The position numbers and the translations under genes are program-made. A stretch of DNA of 64,000 nt, from assembly GCA_044892505.1 (NCBI GenBank), contig CM097882.1:248930001-248994000 (forward strand). The letters run 5' to 3'. Every line of letters starts with the position of its first letter. Position 1 is the stretch's first letter. Of this stretch, positions 25,401 to 39,136 are shown one piece after another. Below the pieces are notes generated by a model, which saw only the letters and a list, made by a program, of their open reading frames with translations, was not told where the DNA came from and ran no database searches. This stretch comes from Schmidtea nova (lineage: Eukaryota).

Positions 25401-26330
25401 TTCAGATTTTTATTTAAAATTAATATCAAACATCTACAATTCATATATTTACTAGTTCCCGGTTGTGAAATTCTCTAAAACTTAAGCTAAAATATTAAGT
25501 ACATAAATATTCCCATTTATCACTCAAATCATACTATGTACTGGGACAACTTTACCTTCTGGTTATATAATGCATTTTCACGCAGTTTCAGCTCTATATC
25601 GATCCACATATTTTTTTGTGCTGAGAAATAGAGCTTCCACCTTCTATTTGATGGACTTGGTCTATTGTGGTTTTATGTTTATTCCGAATTAGTTGAACTG
25701 TATCTTTCTAAATGGAAAAGTTTTGACATTTTTGCAACTTGCGCTAAACGTCATTAAGTGACAACCTAATTATTTCCACGTAATTTATACAATGTACATT
25801 AGAAAAATTAATTTTTAATTAATTTGCTAGGAAATTACTTATTTAGATAATATTTAAAAACTTTAATATAATGCAAATCAAAAATTAAAAAAAAAATAGT
25901 TTCACCTTTGATCTCTTTTTTATAGTTTAATAATTTTCATATTAATTTTTGCAAGACTAGATTAAGAAAATTATTGAATTAAAAATTAAATTTATCTTTA
26001 ATTTTTGATTTTATTTCATAAATAGTTTTTCAAATTTTTAATTATTTCTTATTTAATAAAATAATGTCAATTCACAATACTTTTGTTAAAAGTATATGTC
26101 ACGCTATTTTGACAATTTGCTCTCCTCTCCCGGTCATAAATCTCCAACCCTCCTAAAGAACGTCATACTTTCTAACTAAAAAATGTTTAGAAATTAACAA
26201 TTAATTAAAATTTAATCTAAAACACAATTAACTTTTAAACTGTAATACAGTTCTAAAATATTAACTTAAAAGGACTATCGCATTATTAAAATGCCAGACT
26301 TATTAGATTAGTTAAGCAGTTGTCGCTATG

Positions 26331-26702
26331 CAGGCCCGAATCCAATAAGTGCTGGCTCGATTGTATTTTTTTTTGCGGGGCTCTCTATATATTAAATATT
26401 AAAANNNNNNNNNNNNNNNNNNNNNNNNNNNNNNNNNNNNNNNNNNNNNNNNNNNNNNNNNNNNNNNNNNNNNNNNNNNNNNNNNNNNNNNNNNNNNNNN
26501 NNNNNNNNNNNNNNNNNNNNNNNNNNNNNNNNNNNNNNNNNNNNNNNNNNNNNNNNNNNNNNNNNNNNNNNNNNNNNNNNNNNNNNNNNNNNNNNNNNNN
26601 NNNNNNATTACATTTTATGGAAAAATAATTTTTTGTTAATTTTGGTGGTGATGCGGGACCCGATTGGGCCCAATCGCTTTAATTGCCTTAAATCCGGGCC
26701 TG
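26331..26702. mobile_element. hAT-type MITE (spans an N gap)
   Basis: TIRs caggcccgaat / atccgggcctg with an 8-bp TSD tcgctatg / tcgctatt. Confidence 0.7.
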
Positions 26703-28942
26703 TCGCTATTATTCATTAAATCAGTAACTCAATCTAGATTGAATTTGAAATTTAAGTATGTAGATAAAACAACTTGTGACATAACACATGACCTTGAATC
26801 GCCTTCACTCTTTCACAAACTTCCACATTTCCTTAGAACCCCTTCCCCGGATCGTGATGTATTTTATGGACAGTCCCTAACAAATATTGCTAAAGTTTTC
26901 TAATTCCCGAAACCTTTTGCCATATCTTAATTAAAAATTGTGTTTATTTGCTCAAATAATGTATAAAATATATGAAATGCGTTATCTGTTATTTTTTCTT
27001 AATGAAACTACAATCTCATGAGAATTGCAAGTGGAAATAATTATGAACTTGATACATTGAAAGAAACAGTACTCAATTTGATGCAACGGATGAAGTTTCC
27101 TTTTTGTCGCAGAAATTACAAATAAAAATGATTAATCTCTAAGAAAGTTGATAAAAATAACAGAAAGGTGAAATCTCATCAATAGTGAGTTCGAGTAAAT
27201 CTGAGATGAAGTTGATAGAACAAATAAGTGAAAGTATCAAAAGAGAAAATAAAAAAAATTATTTCAGCTGAGTCAATATTATTGCAAATCTAACCAACTC
27301 GTTTTGCAAAATTTTCCGTTCATCGTTCACAAGTTTCCTACGAGGGGAGGTTGGTTTGTTCCCGGATAATTACTGATGAATGACAGAGAAGCAGGAGTGT
27401 TTGCAGAATTACAGTGCGTTTGATCATCTATTTATTTGAATGTCGTTCGATATGTTCGTGCTAAGGAAGCGAGTTAAAACGATATTTTTACAGATGGAGA
27501 AAAAAACAACACAAATAACCTTTATTTCAAAGTCCTTGAGTCAGATGTTATAGCCAAACAGCAAGCAATGAGGCTATTTTATCAACTTTGTCTTTCAAAT
27601 TTTTACACCACACGCAAATTTATATATTTCATTTTGAAAAAAAAATTACTTTTTTTGTGAATTTTTTGGTCACTATTGATTATTAATTTTCTATTGATTT
27701 CAATAAAAAACATAATCAATGTCTCACAGATTTTGTTTGCACATAACACCTAGTTATCAACTCACCGTGAATTTTTATGGAGCCCCCTCCCCGAGGAAAA
27801 TTTTGTTTTAAACGTCGGTTATTTATTATTTATACCTGGGGCTATTGCACACGAATTTCATTGGGATAATTTAGTTCTAGGACTAAATGGTAACGGACAA
27901 ATTGATATCGATAAAACTGTTTGCGGACACAATGGTATTGGACGAAATGATCTGATAAATTCAGTGATATTTCGTAGCTTAGTCGTGAGTTTGAGTTACT
28001 GATGATTGCTCATGCATTGAATTTATTTTATTCAGTTCTCGAAAGAATGATTTTTGCTGATTTCAATTTGTTGTAAATGTGTTGGCTTTATTTCTTTCAG
28101 TTCAGCGATGATTGATTTTGTTGATTCGAATTTTCTGCCAATGAAGAAAAAAATTATCTAATAATTTTCCTTCTGCTTAAATATGAAGGTTTTAAAAGTG
28201 TTGGCTCTTAATATTAAAACAAAAAATTTAATATTGGCTAAACTTTTTAACCTTAAATTGACCTAAATATGACCTTGAAATGTGTGTAATATGTGAAACC
28301 AGAGAGATTATGTTATCACGTAAGATGTGTAAAACCCAAAGATTTTGCAATACACACATTTTTTATTATTACAATTATATTTATTAGTTTTTTAGATAAT
28401 ATAATGTTTTAGGAGGTAGTACAACTTTATTGAGGTACTTAATCTAGATTTGGAATTGATCAAATCATTTTGTTCGGTCACCGATAATTTTAGTCAAAGA
28501 TTTTATTGTTAATGAGATAATGATTGTAAAAATCAAGAATAAACAGTTTTTAAAACTTAAGCTTAAAACAAAAAACTTCATTTTAATTTAAAATTATTCA
28601 ATGGAAATTTAATTAATATGATAAATTAAAATGGAAAACAATGCAGCAAATGATATTTGCAACAGATAAAATATCCTAATCAAAATTATTATTGTTACCC
28701 ATGCGTATCGAGATATCCTTCAAATATTAATTTTTCTATGTAATTAATAAATCATAATTATCTTTTGGTTTCATCTTTAATCTCTTTTTATATATATCAA
28801 TGATTTTCATAATTGTATAACTAAAGATCAAAATTTTTTTTGGGGATTTTAGGTTGTTAAGTACACGATATTTCGGCAAAGCCTTTATCAAGTGTGTATT
28901 TCATATATTTCAAATACACATTTGATAAATTTTAATCTATAG

Positions 28943-29601
28943 ATGAGAGGTGGGCAATTTTTTTAACAGTGGACCGCATTGATGTCTATCCTATGCAAAG
29001 TGTGCCGCATCATCACAACTCGCCGTATTGACACGTATCTTACATTGATAACAATAACCATATATGCTGTACCCGTCTTGTGCTTGACATTGGAGGCACT
29101 TCTCTCAGGTTTGATTTTGAAATGTTAAATCTTTTATTTATTTTATTTGTGTTCATTACTCTTTCCACTCTTTATATATTTTAAAGCCCTTCCTAAATAG
29201 AAAGGTTGATTTAATCACTTTAAATTTAAAAATAATTTATTATCCTATCTTAAGTTCATTATCCTCCACTGTCTGATTAGGTTATATTGGTTATAAATTA
29301 TCCATACTGTCATATCGAATCATCATTAATAAGAAAACACGTGGAAAAATATATTTAAAACACCCCTGTTTTTCTTGTAGAGTAGTTACATAATTTTATA
29401 ACCACTTTTTCAAACATAGCTGCCATTGGTTTGATATGTGATAGTTCAGTCTTAACTTTCCATAATTATTATGTTGTTTTGGACATCAGAACATGACAAT
29501 CATAATAAACAAAAACGGACTTGTATCCAAATCATTGACGGGCCGCATAAAATGTTAGGCGGGCTACCTGCGGCCCGTGGGCCGTAGTTTGCCCACCCTT
29601 G
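28943..29601. mobile_element. hAT (Charlie-like) MITE inserted into a palindromic MITE
   Basis: Ends gagaggtgggcaa... / ...cggcccgtgggccgtagtttgcccacccttg with an 8-bp TSD atctatag / atttatag. The flanks rejoin as a copy of the 2902-3378 repeat family. Confidence 0.7.
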
Positions 29602-30947
29602 ATTTATAGTCATACAATTATGAAAATTATTGATGGAAGTAATAAAGAAATTATCATTGCAATAAAACTTGTAATTATTTTTTGTATATCATTATTTACT
29701 TTATCCATAAATCGTGTCATTCGTCGTAAAAATAGTAGCCTTGAAATGTCAACTCTGACATAAATCCAGCTGATGGAGATGGAGGCTTAAACTGGATTAG
29801 ATACAACATAGGATTTAAGGCGTATAATTCTTCTTTATAGTTGATGTGGTCAAAAAGCAATTATTACTCAAAAAAGCAATTAATAAATAGACAGTGAAAC
29901 AGAATCGTACCGTAAAAACCGTTTACGTTTAAGTAATTTTTATTTTTGTTATTAATACTTACTAGAAAAAAGAAAATCTTTGTTTGTTCGAAGCAGGAAA
30001 ACTCTCGAATGTTGAACTGTAAAATCAATAAATTTGAACAGATTATTCAATGTCGGGAAATATCTAGGTCAACACGACTATTTTAAGCTCTTTACATCGT
30101 TATCAGTTTATTAAATTTTGAGCAGATTAAACCTGCATAAATATATAATACACAAACAGTGTCTAACTTTGACAGCATTGTGTAAGAAAACTACCGTGAA
30201 TTGCTGATATGGGAAAGCATCTCCAAATTAGTTTTCATTAATGGAATATAGAAGAAATACTTTTTTTCAAAGATCTATTTTTTCAGATAAATGATTATTG
30301 TAAAAATATTTATAACACATTATAATAAAGTATGTTACATATAAACGAATAAGAAGTTTCTCTATGTATTTCTCTACGAATTTTCGAGTGAAAAATTTGA
30401 GTAACACACCATACTTTGATGTGTGCTTAAAATTAATTATTGGTTTTTATTGATTGATAGAATTTATGTACAATGTACATTAACAGTTTGTATGCATTTT
30501 CTAAAATTTACTGCTTTTGTTTACAATTTTTTTCCTACCACATAATAAAAGGTGTTATTCATTGTTAGCACACATATAACACACATGTGAGTGTTTGCAA
30601 TTTCCATATTGATTAAATTTATATTATAGGTGGTATTCATCGTTATACGGTATACAAGTAATATTTACTTTTTTGGGAAATGTATGTTTCCAGTTAGTAG
30701 TCTAACAGTTAATAGTTTTTTATATTTAATATACTTAAAAATCAATAATTCCGAATTAGTCAACCATGAAAAAATTTGCCATTTTCAAGTATTTTTCAAC
30801 TAATTGCTCCGTTACATTAATTGAAAATTTACAATTCAGATTTACATTAATAAACATTTTGTTTCAATTAATATAAAAAGGGGTTCTAGGTTGACAGTAA
30901 GTAATGATACGGCTCAACAAGGGCGATTATAAACTTATAATTTATTA

Positions 30948-31916
30948 CACCGTGTTTCACTGACGTTTCTCACCTATAGTACACGTGAGTGAGATGTGTC
31001 CAGGGTTATTATTATTCATTTTTTAACAAAATTCGGCATTAGCCATTTTTAAATGGCTTTAAGGTAATTTTCTTTATCAGGATATTTTTAAAGGCTTTTA
31101 TTTTGATCTCATATGAGGTCACTATAAAAGCTTTAAAAGGTTGTCTATTTTCAACAATTATATTTTTATTTAATTTCTAAATACACCAATCCTTCGCTTA
31201 ACGAATTAATTCGTTAAGCGAGGGATTGGTGTACTTGTAGGAAATTTTTATGATTTTTTGGAATTATTTACATCAAAGGTAAGTAAAAATTCATTTTTAA
31301 CTAAAATTTATTAAATACATTTATCTCCAAAGAGTTCAATTTTTTGAAAACATTTGGAAAAAATCGGCAAATACGTATGGAAAAACTTTCTAAAACTTTA
31401 TAGTCATCCTTATTTAATTTGTCTTCAAGAACATTTTTCACTGAATAGACATTGTGGAGAAGCCATTTGATCGTGAGATAGTCTTCCGTAAACTGCATTT
31501 TATTTTGCTAAATACACTTTCAATTGGGTTAAGAAAAGGGCTATATTTTCTGAAATTCTGTGAAAATTAAAATGTATTATAACTTAAATTATATTATTTA
31601 CGATGATATTTCATCATTTTCACGAAAACTCAAGGTAGATTCCTCAAATTCATTTAAAAAAATTTATCGGCCATTTTAATTTTCAATATTTCTGATGATA
31701 AAAATTTTTGTGTGAGACTATTGAATGAAACAATTAACGCATTTGAAAGTTTGCATCTGAATTTTTCTATGTTTTGTGTCTGTGTGTGATTATGATTTTT
31801 TCTATATCTTTTTCTACGACTTTACGATTGAGTAAAACAACAATGAATAAGGTGTATTTTTCTATAGTATAAGCTTACTGGTTATTACAGGTGAGACGTT
31901 TCAGCGAAACACTGTG
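30948..31916. mobile_element. Tc1/mariner-type non-autonomous element
   Basis: About 30-bp imperfect TIRs (caccgtgtttcactgacgtttctcacct versus cacagtgtttcgctgaaacgtctcacct) flanked by TA on both sides. Confidence 0.7.
31182..31233. repeat. 52-bp near-perfect palindrome; minimal pogo/Tigger-like MITE flanked by TA
   Basis: tacaccaatccttcgcttaacgaattaattcgttaagcgagggattggtgta, with one mismatch between the arms. Confidence 0.75.
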
Positions 31917-32468
31917 TAACAGCGTGAAAAATGACATCATCGCATCTACTTTGCATTTGTTAATAATACTTGTTAAAATACATTTATTGTTTAAATTATA
32001 ATGTTACTTTTCACCACCTTTGTTGTAGCATATGTTACAGTAAATTAATTGAAGTTTCTACATAACGAAAAATCTTTTCTTTATTTTAACATTGTTTTAT
32101 TTTAATACGAATATAAAAATAAAAATATACTGCGTATAGCTTTAAATAAATAAATTTGCATTTAGATAATTTGTATGAATTGAAATGAGCTAGATCATAT
32201 ATTTTTAATAGAGGAGTCACGGACCGAAAAATTAAAAAAACGTCACCAATCCTACAAATATTTTTTTTCGGGAAAAATTTCAAGGTCAACTGCTTCTAAA
32301 AATTCTAGAAAAAAATGTAATTTTTAGGATTTTAGATTAATTTGTCAATATCTTTTATTTCAAATTATTTTTCAAAAATGAATGTTTTCACTGTTTTATG
32401 ATTTTTAAATAAATAAATGAATTTATGTTGTATATTAAATGAATCATGTCTTAATAGCTAAGTGATAA

Positions 32469-32538
<70 letters not shown>

Positions 32539-34826
32539 TAAAATATATAAATAATGAAAACTAGGGGAGGTATTATCAAACAAATTTTAAAGATACTAAT
32601 TTATTCAATAACAAAATTTCTTTTACAAACAAATAGTCACTTTAATCAAAAATAAATTGTTCCAAGATTCACATAAAATTATAATCACTTGTAATTTTCT
32701 GGGCACTTGTCTGCCTTCTGAATCATTTCTTATTGTATATTTACACCTGTTTTCGTACAATAAAAGTTTCTATAATATAAAAAATAAATAACCAATAGCA
32801 AATGATAACTTACGTTGATGTTAATTGTTGATTTCACGTAGTTTAAAAGAATTATTATGTGGTAGACAATCTGTAAGAAGAATTAAATTAAACACACAAC
32901 ACAAAACATACAATGAAAATTGAATGCAAACTTTTAAGGGTGCTATTTTTTACGCGATTAAAAGTCCTATAATAACTTTCTTTATTTTTAAAATATGGTT
33001 TTTGGGTAAATATTTGGAATATTTCCTAGGGGAGTTGTAGAGAAAATGGATAAATAACATGGTAAGTTTTATTTTTATATAAAATTTCATAAATTCCCAA
33101 AAATTGTTTTGCAAATTTTTTCCGTTTTCAGCAGCCAAAAAAAATAATTCCGTCTAATTATTTTCAAATTATAGACAATTAAACATATTTACACTATAAT
33201 TTAGATTTTTTGAAGCCTCAGATAATAGATGACAATAAAATTTGGCAATTCTTGAAATAAAAAATTAAGCTTAATTAAATTATTTCTTGGAATATCCAAA
33301 AAAAAATATTTCAAAAATAGAACTTTTTTTTAATAATAATAATTATAATAATTCTTAGTTAAAAATGATTTTTAACTTACCTTAAATAAAAATAAGTGTA
33401 GAACAAATATAATAGAAATATTCGGAGACTGATTAATTTCATTAATAAACTATTCTTAAAAATATTTTTACTTACGTGTAATGTAAAATACTTCCAAAAA
33501 CTTCATAAAAATCAAATTTTTCTTAAAAGCTAATAAATATAAAATCAAAATAATATTGAAGAATATAGATAAACTTTCAAAGCTTCTATTGTGATCTTAT
33601 ATCATTTTAAGATCAAAATAAAAGCATTAAAAGATATGTTAATAAATAAACTTACCTGATAGCCATTTTTAAAAAATGACTAAATTAAAAATTGAATAAA
33701 TTCAACAAAGTAACTATAAGTAACAAGTAGATGTACACTTGTATCATAATTACTTTTAAAATATGAAAACCGGTGTATTTATAGTTACGTTTACTTTGCA
33801 CGTGCTTGGTTCCGTATCCAACAGTTACATTAACTGAAAATATATTTATCTAAAATTATTCTGAATTGTGAAAGCTTTAAAAACGCAGTATGTAAGTAAA
33901 GTACACAATAGTATGAGAACCAAGGAGTAGGTGAGCTTTACTACCAAAACTACTCCTCACTTTATTCTCATTTTGGGTTCATGGCTGCCGATGGAACGTC
34001 TTACGCACACGATTGCTTTATCTTTTTAGGCTCCCTTGATTATCAATTTATACCTTTCTATAACATTGGTTGATAGTATCTAACATCTACACTCATTCAC
34101 TTAAATACCACGCCAATTTCTTTTCTATCTACATTCATTGATCTTTAAATATGTTAAGCAGCGTTCCACCTGTAATTTCAGACTAAATTCAAAATTTCTG
34201 TTTTACTGGTGGTTACGAAAATTTGTGTAGGGATCCGCTCTTATTTTCTTATTCAAATTCTAAAATTTCTATCTTTTTGATCACCTTTGAAAAATTTACA
34301 CAGGCTTCTGTCCCTATTTCCTGGCAAAATTTCTCAAGATTTTATTTCTAAAATGCACTTCATCACATGTACTTCTCTGGATCACATTTCCCATTTTAAG
34401 CGCAAGGCATGTCCTGAAAACCACCTTATTAAAGGTCAGAAAACCTTAAGCTCCATTCCGGCTAGTTCGGCTGACATCTAAATCAAGGAGAAACTCATTG
34501 CTCCACTAATGACCCAAAAGCCACTGGGGATTGACCCCTATGTAATTTGCAGAGATGAGAATCAAATATTCTATCTAAATTGGAATTCATAAGAGCAAGC
34601 ATATAATGATTGAAAACAACTTCGAAATGTTTACTAAAGAAAGTTTTGCCTTAAATTACAGCATATCAAAATACCTGTTTATTTCTGAATAGCACAAGAT
34701 CGTTCAATAAAAATTTGCTCAGAGTTCTACTATTATAGCCAAATAAAAAAAGTTGGCTGACAAATAAGAAGTCAAATTAATTATATCAGCTTCGTATTTA
34801 TACTGTTTTACAATGTTATACCTACG

Positions 34827-35620
34827 GTATCGCGTCAATTGGTCAATTGACGGGAGATCAATTGACGGGGGATCAATTGACGTGAATTCACCTACGGTAT
34901 CGCGTCAATTGGTCCCCCGTCAATTGATCCCCACGTCAATTGTTCCCCTGCCAATTGGTCCCCTACCCATTCGTCCCCAGCCTACCCATTGATCCCATGC
35001 CTATTGATCCCCTGTCGTGACATGATAAGTGTATTTTTAATCCTTAGTCAATTCAGGTATTAATCCTTAATACCCATTCGTCCCCAGCCTATCATATTAC
35101 ATATTCCATAATTGATCCCCTTGCAATTGATTATTATGAAAAGATACTATTTTATTTTAAATGAATTGTTTTTAATTTTATTTTGATAGATATTTAATAA
35201 AAATACCTATTTTTTCTTCCAATATTTTCACAGGTTGTTTTTTTTCTTAGGTTGTTATATCAGCTACTAAGCCTCATATGAAGGTAAACTTTTGCTATAT
35301 AAGGATGGCTTATAAGTTTGTTAGCATCATAAATCGAGAATGGAAGTCACATTTGGAACTTATGTTATTATGTTATGACCTATGTTTTAACTTTTACTTT
35401 ATATTCATTTTACTGTGTTATATTTTGTGTAATAAACGGACACGGCCTGGCACCAGCCGTAAGTGGACCTTATTTCGTTTAACTTTTTTTTATGTAATAT
35501 GATAGGCTGGGGACGAATGGGTAGGGGACCAATTGGCAGGGGATCAATTGACGGGGGGACGAGTTGACGGGGATCAATTGACGGGGGATCAATTGACGGG
35601 GGATCAATTGACGTGAATTC
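34827..35620. mobile_element. Mutator-like (MULE) MITE with subterminal gtcaattgatcccc repeats; a 63-bp mini copy plus a 724-bp copy in tandem
   Basis: Perfect 9-bp TSD atacctacg at 34818-34826 and 35621-35629. A partial TSD acctacg lies at the internal junction 34890-34896. Confidence 0.8.
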
Positions 35621-36749
35621 ATACCTACGTACTCTGCACTCAGACTTTATATTCGTAATTTTTCTTATCCGCAAAATGAATTTATTTAGAAAATTTAAAT
35701 TTAATTCTGCGTATTTTCTCGATTAAAATGCGTCCTTTACTTTTCTTTCGATAGAGTTAATTTTTAAAATTGGTTTTATTTATATTCTAATTATTAATAT
35801 TTTATTTATTAAAACAACGTGTATGTTCATCATTATTACTCATTCAAAGAAATCAATAACTAAATTAAAAATTCGTTAAACTAATTATATTTTGATATAA
35901 TTCACACACAGTTTTTTCAGAGAATCCAATCAATCAAATGAAATTTCTGATGAGCCAGTTGTTCGAGAATTTAGAAAGAGTAGTTCAGTAGGCAGGAGGT
36001 TGGCTTTGGCAAGTCTTGACGTTCCATCTCATGTCATGCATAAGGTTCCAAATGACTTAATAAAACAACTTGAAAATTTGGAGCCAATAAACGGTTTTTA
36101 TTAATGTTTCTTGAACTAATAATAATATTTTTTTATAATAATAATAATATTGATTTAAATCAATAATTTTCAAATTAATAATTGTATGCTTATAGACCAA
36201 AAAAAATTTTCTTTGGTTGTTATACGATATTTCAACACAACCTTTATCNNNNNNNNNNNNNNNNNNNNNNNNNNNNNNNNNNNNNNNNNNNNNNNNNNNN
36301 NNNNNNNNNNNNNNNNNNNNNNNNNNNNNNNNNNNNNNNNNNNNNNNNNNNNNNNNNNNNNNNNNNNNNNNNNNNNNNNNNNNNNNNCAAAAAACTAATT
36401 TAACACGTGAGTTGATTAGGAAGAACATACAAATGGCTAATTCAATAAATAAATATTTATGTATTTATCGGTTCGGCAAATATTTACATAATATATGTCC
36501 TTGTCCATTTGAAATACAATTCGAATGATTTCACGTAATATTAATTGCAATGAAAAATGAAATGTCTACTATATTTAAATGGAGAATTTTAAAATGAAAT
36601 ATGAATAAAAGTGTCAATTTGCTAAGCATTCTCTCGTATTCCAAACAATGGAAAGAGAAAATTTCGCTATTGGTTTTTCCTCAGATTTACATTGCAATTA
36701 TGATTTTATATTATTATTATTATTATCATAATTATATATATATATATAT

Positions 36750-38022
36750 ATATCCGGAATGAAAGGTCCGAATAACATATAATAATTTCAAATCATCATA
36801 ACTCTTTTTATATAAAACGTATTACTTTATTTTAAAGTCCATTAGAAAGCATTTATTTCTAATTCAAATATTAATTAAGATTTATAATAATTTAATTACT
36901 ATAAATTTTATTTTCAAATAGAAATGTACAAGTTAGAAAATCATGATTTGAGACTTCTTTATTTATATGAGTCGAAATCGAAGAACAATTCAGTTGAGGC
37001 GGAGAGGAATATTAATAATGCTTGTGGGAGCGTTACAGTTAATGAAAGAACTATTAGGTGTTGGTTTAAAAAATTTGATGACAAGAAATTGATCTCGAAA
37101 ATATGCCTTGCGGTAGACCCAATATCAAGCTGTCGGAGGAGGATTTACGTGAAGCTGTTGCTCAAAATTCAACAAAATCTGTCCGAGAACTTGCAATAAA
37201 TCTGTCTGTCTCAAAAACAACTGTTCATGATAATTTAAAGACAATTGATATTGTATAAAAGTTTCAGAAATGGATCCCACATGAATTGACTGAATTGCAG
37301 AAATTAAACAGATGACAAACTTGCTTATCTCTTCAAGCATGACATCGAAAGTCATTTTTTCTTGATAATATTATTACCTGTGATGAAATTTGGATTCAAT
37401 ATGATAATCGTAAGCGGTCAGGAGAATGGTAGGATAAACATTGCCCAAATAAGTGTCCAAAACCGGACCTTCACCAAAAGAAAGTCATGCTCTCAGTCTG
37501 GTGGTCTAAGTATGATGTAATACATTATTGTTTTCTGAAAATGGGTATAAAAGTCAATTTTGAACGATAGTGTGCAGAACTAGAAAAAATGCATGTAAAA
37601 CTCACCATTAGTCACCCTGCAATTGTTAATAGAAAAGGTCCAATTATCCAGCATGATAACGCCAGGCCTCACGTATCGAAAGTCATTGTAAAAAAATTAC
37701 ACGAGTTAGGATTTGAAGTTTTACTGCATCCAACTTACTCACCCAATCTATCACTACTGATTTCCACTTATTTAGGCATTTAAGTCTTTATATCAAGGGC
37801 AGGAAGTTCAAAGATTTGGAGGAGATTAAATCGACAGTTATCACTTTCTTCGACTTCAGACATGAGACTTTTTCTAAAGGTATAGAAAATCTCCCGCAAC
37901 GATAGCAAGAGGGTAATAATGTTGATGGATCATATTTTGATTAAATAATAAATGTTTAAATATACTTGTACGTCTTTTGAATTATAATCCATTCAGTGGA
38001 CATTTCCTTGCGGACAACCTTA
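36750..38022 (+). mobile_element. mariner (DD34D) transposon, inactive
   Basis: Transposase remnant from 36924 to about 37940 with HTH (RTIRCWFKKF), WIPHEL, TCDEIW, QHDNARPH and HPTYSPNL. The right TIR ends ...cggacaacct-ta. The left TIR is degenerate next to (TA)n. Confidence 0.92.
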
Positions 38023-38793
38023 TATAATAGACTATTAATATTATTATTAATAATTACAATAACATTATTATTTATTAATTATTAAAACAGTAAATTGTCT
38101 TAAATTTTAAATTGTCAATGAAAATGGTTGATAACTGTTAAATTCAATTCGGTTCATTGAATTTAATTATAATTATTTGTTCAATGATCTTAATTATCAT
38201 TTTTGTACAATAGCTGGTTAGAATGATTGGTAAATGAAATATAAATTGTGTGTCGGCTAGAAATATTTACTCAACCAATCAGCGATTGGTCAGTGTTGAG
38301 TGCTACTTGATAAATAAGTGTGGCATTGCCGCAGAAAACGCTAAAATGTATGACCATCAGTAGAGCAGTAGGGAGTGATCCTAAAATTGTTACAATAATG
38401 AAGATTTGAGATAATTTTCGGAAATGTGACTAAAATAATTATTGCCAAATTATTAAATAATCCCATCGATCACAGTTGTTATTCATTAATGAGAAAACGT
38501 CTGCACAAATCTTAATAAATAATTTACACAGCAACTGCATCAACTGAAATTTGGCAATTATCTTAACAAAATTTTGTTTAATAAAATTAAATGACATTTT
38601 TTGAGAATAACTCCGCATGCTGCCTTTCACAGATTGTGTTGAGTATCAAATCGAAGTCAACCGCTACTCTCCAGCAACTCTGTTACCATGCCAACAAGTT
38701 TATATTTACATTATAATACAGAATATTTTATTATTAATTTCATCGTGCTTACTTTACAAATTAAATTTAATTAATTAAAAAAATATAAATTAA

Positions 38794-39021
38794 CCCCTTA
38801 ATGTGCACGCTCGAATTAATTCGAGCGCACCAAACCGGTCAAATTGTGCATGCTTGACATAACTCGAACGACGTCGCATTTTCTACTTTTCAGTGCATTT
38901 TAATGTTCACACTCGAATATATTTTTTTAAAATTATAAGTCAAAATAAGGTTCAAAAATGTATTTTCTTTAATAAAAAATTGTTTTCTTTTGTCAGTTTT
39001 CAAAAAATGTGCATTAAGGGG
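38794..39021. mobile_element. piggyBac-type MITE
   Basis: ccccttaatg TIRs flanked by TTAA on the left and TTAC on the right. Internal palindrome gctcgaattaattcgagc. Confidence 0.65.
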
Positions 39022-39136
39022 TTACGGTAATTGATAAATAGAAATATCACATTGTTTAATTGATAGAATTAGAGCAGTGACATGGACTCCTTTGCTAACA
39101 ATCTGTCTTATTCTTTCACTCGGCTATCGGTCTTGA

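Noticed and set aside
26760-27960. Fragments resembling Harbinger- and MULE-type MITE ends
   Set aside because: Only single ends are visible, with no paired TIRs or TSDs.
29965-33670. Candidate minus-strand micro-exons with GTAAG donors (about 29969-30025 and 33380-33670)
   Set aside because: They could not be joined into a stop-free frame and showed no homology.
33900-34500. Possible CR1/L2 LINE 3' remnant (a similar hint at about 23800-23960)
   Set aside because: Only vague resemblance to the RGH..KL / WN.LP region, and no RT motif could be read.
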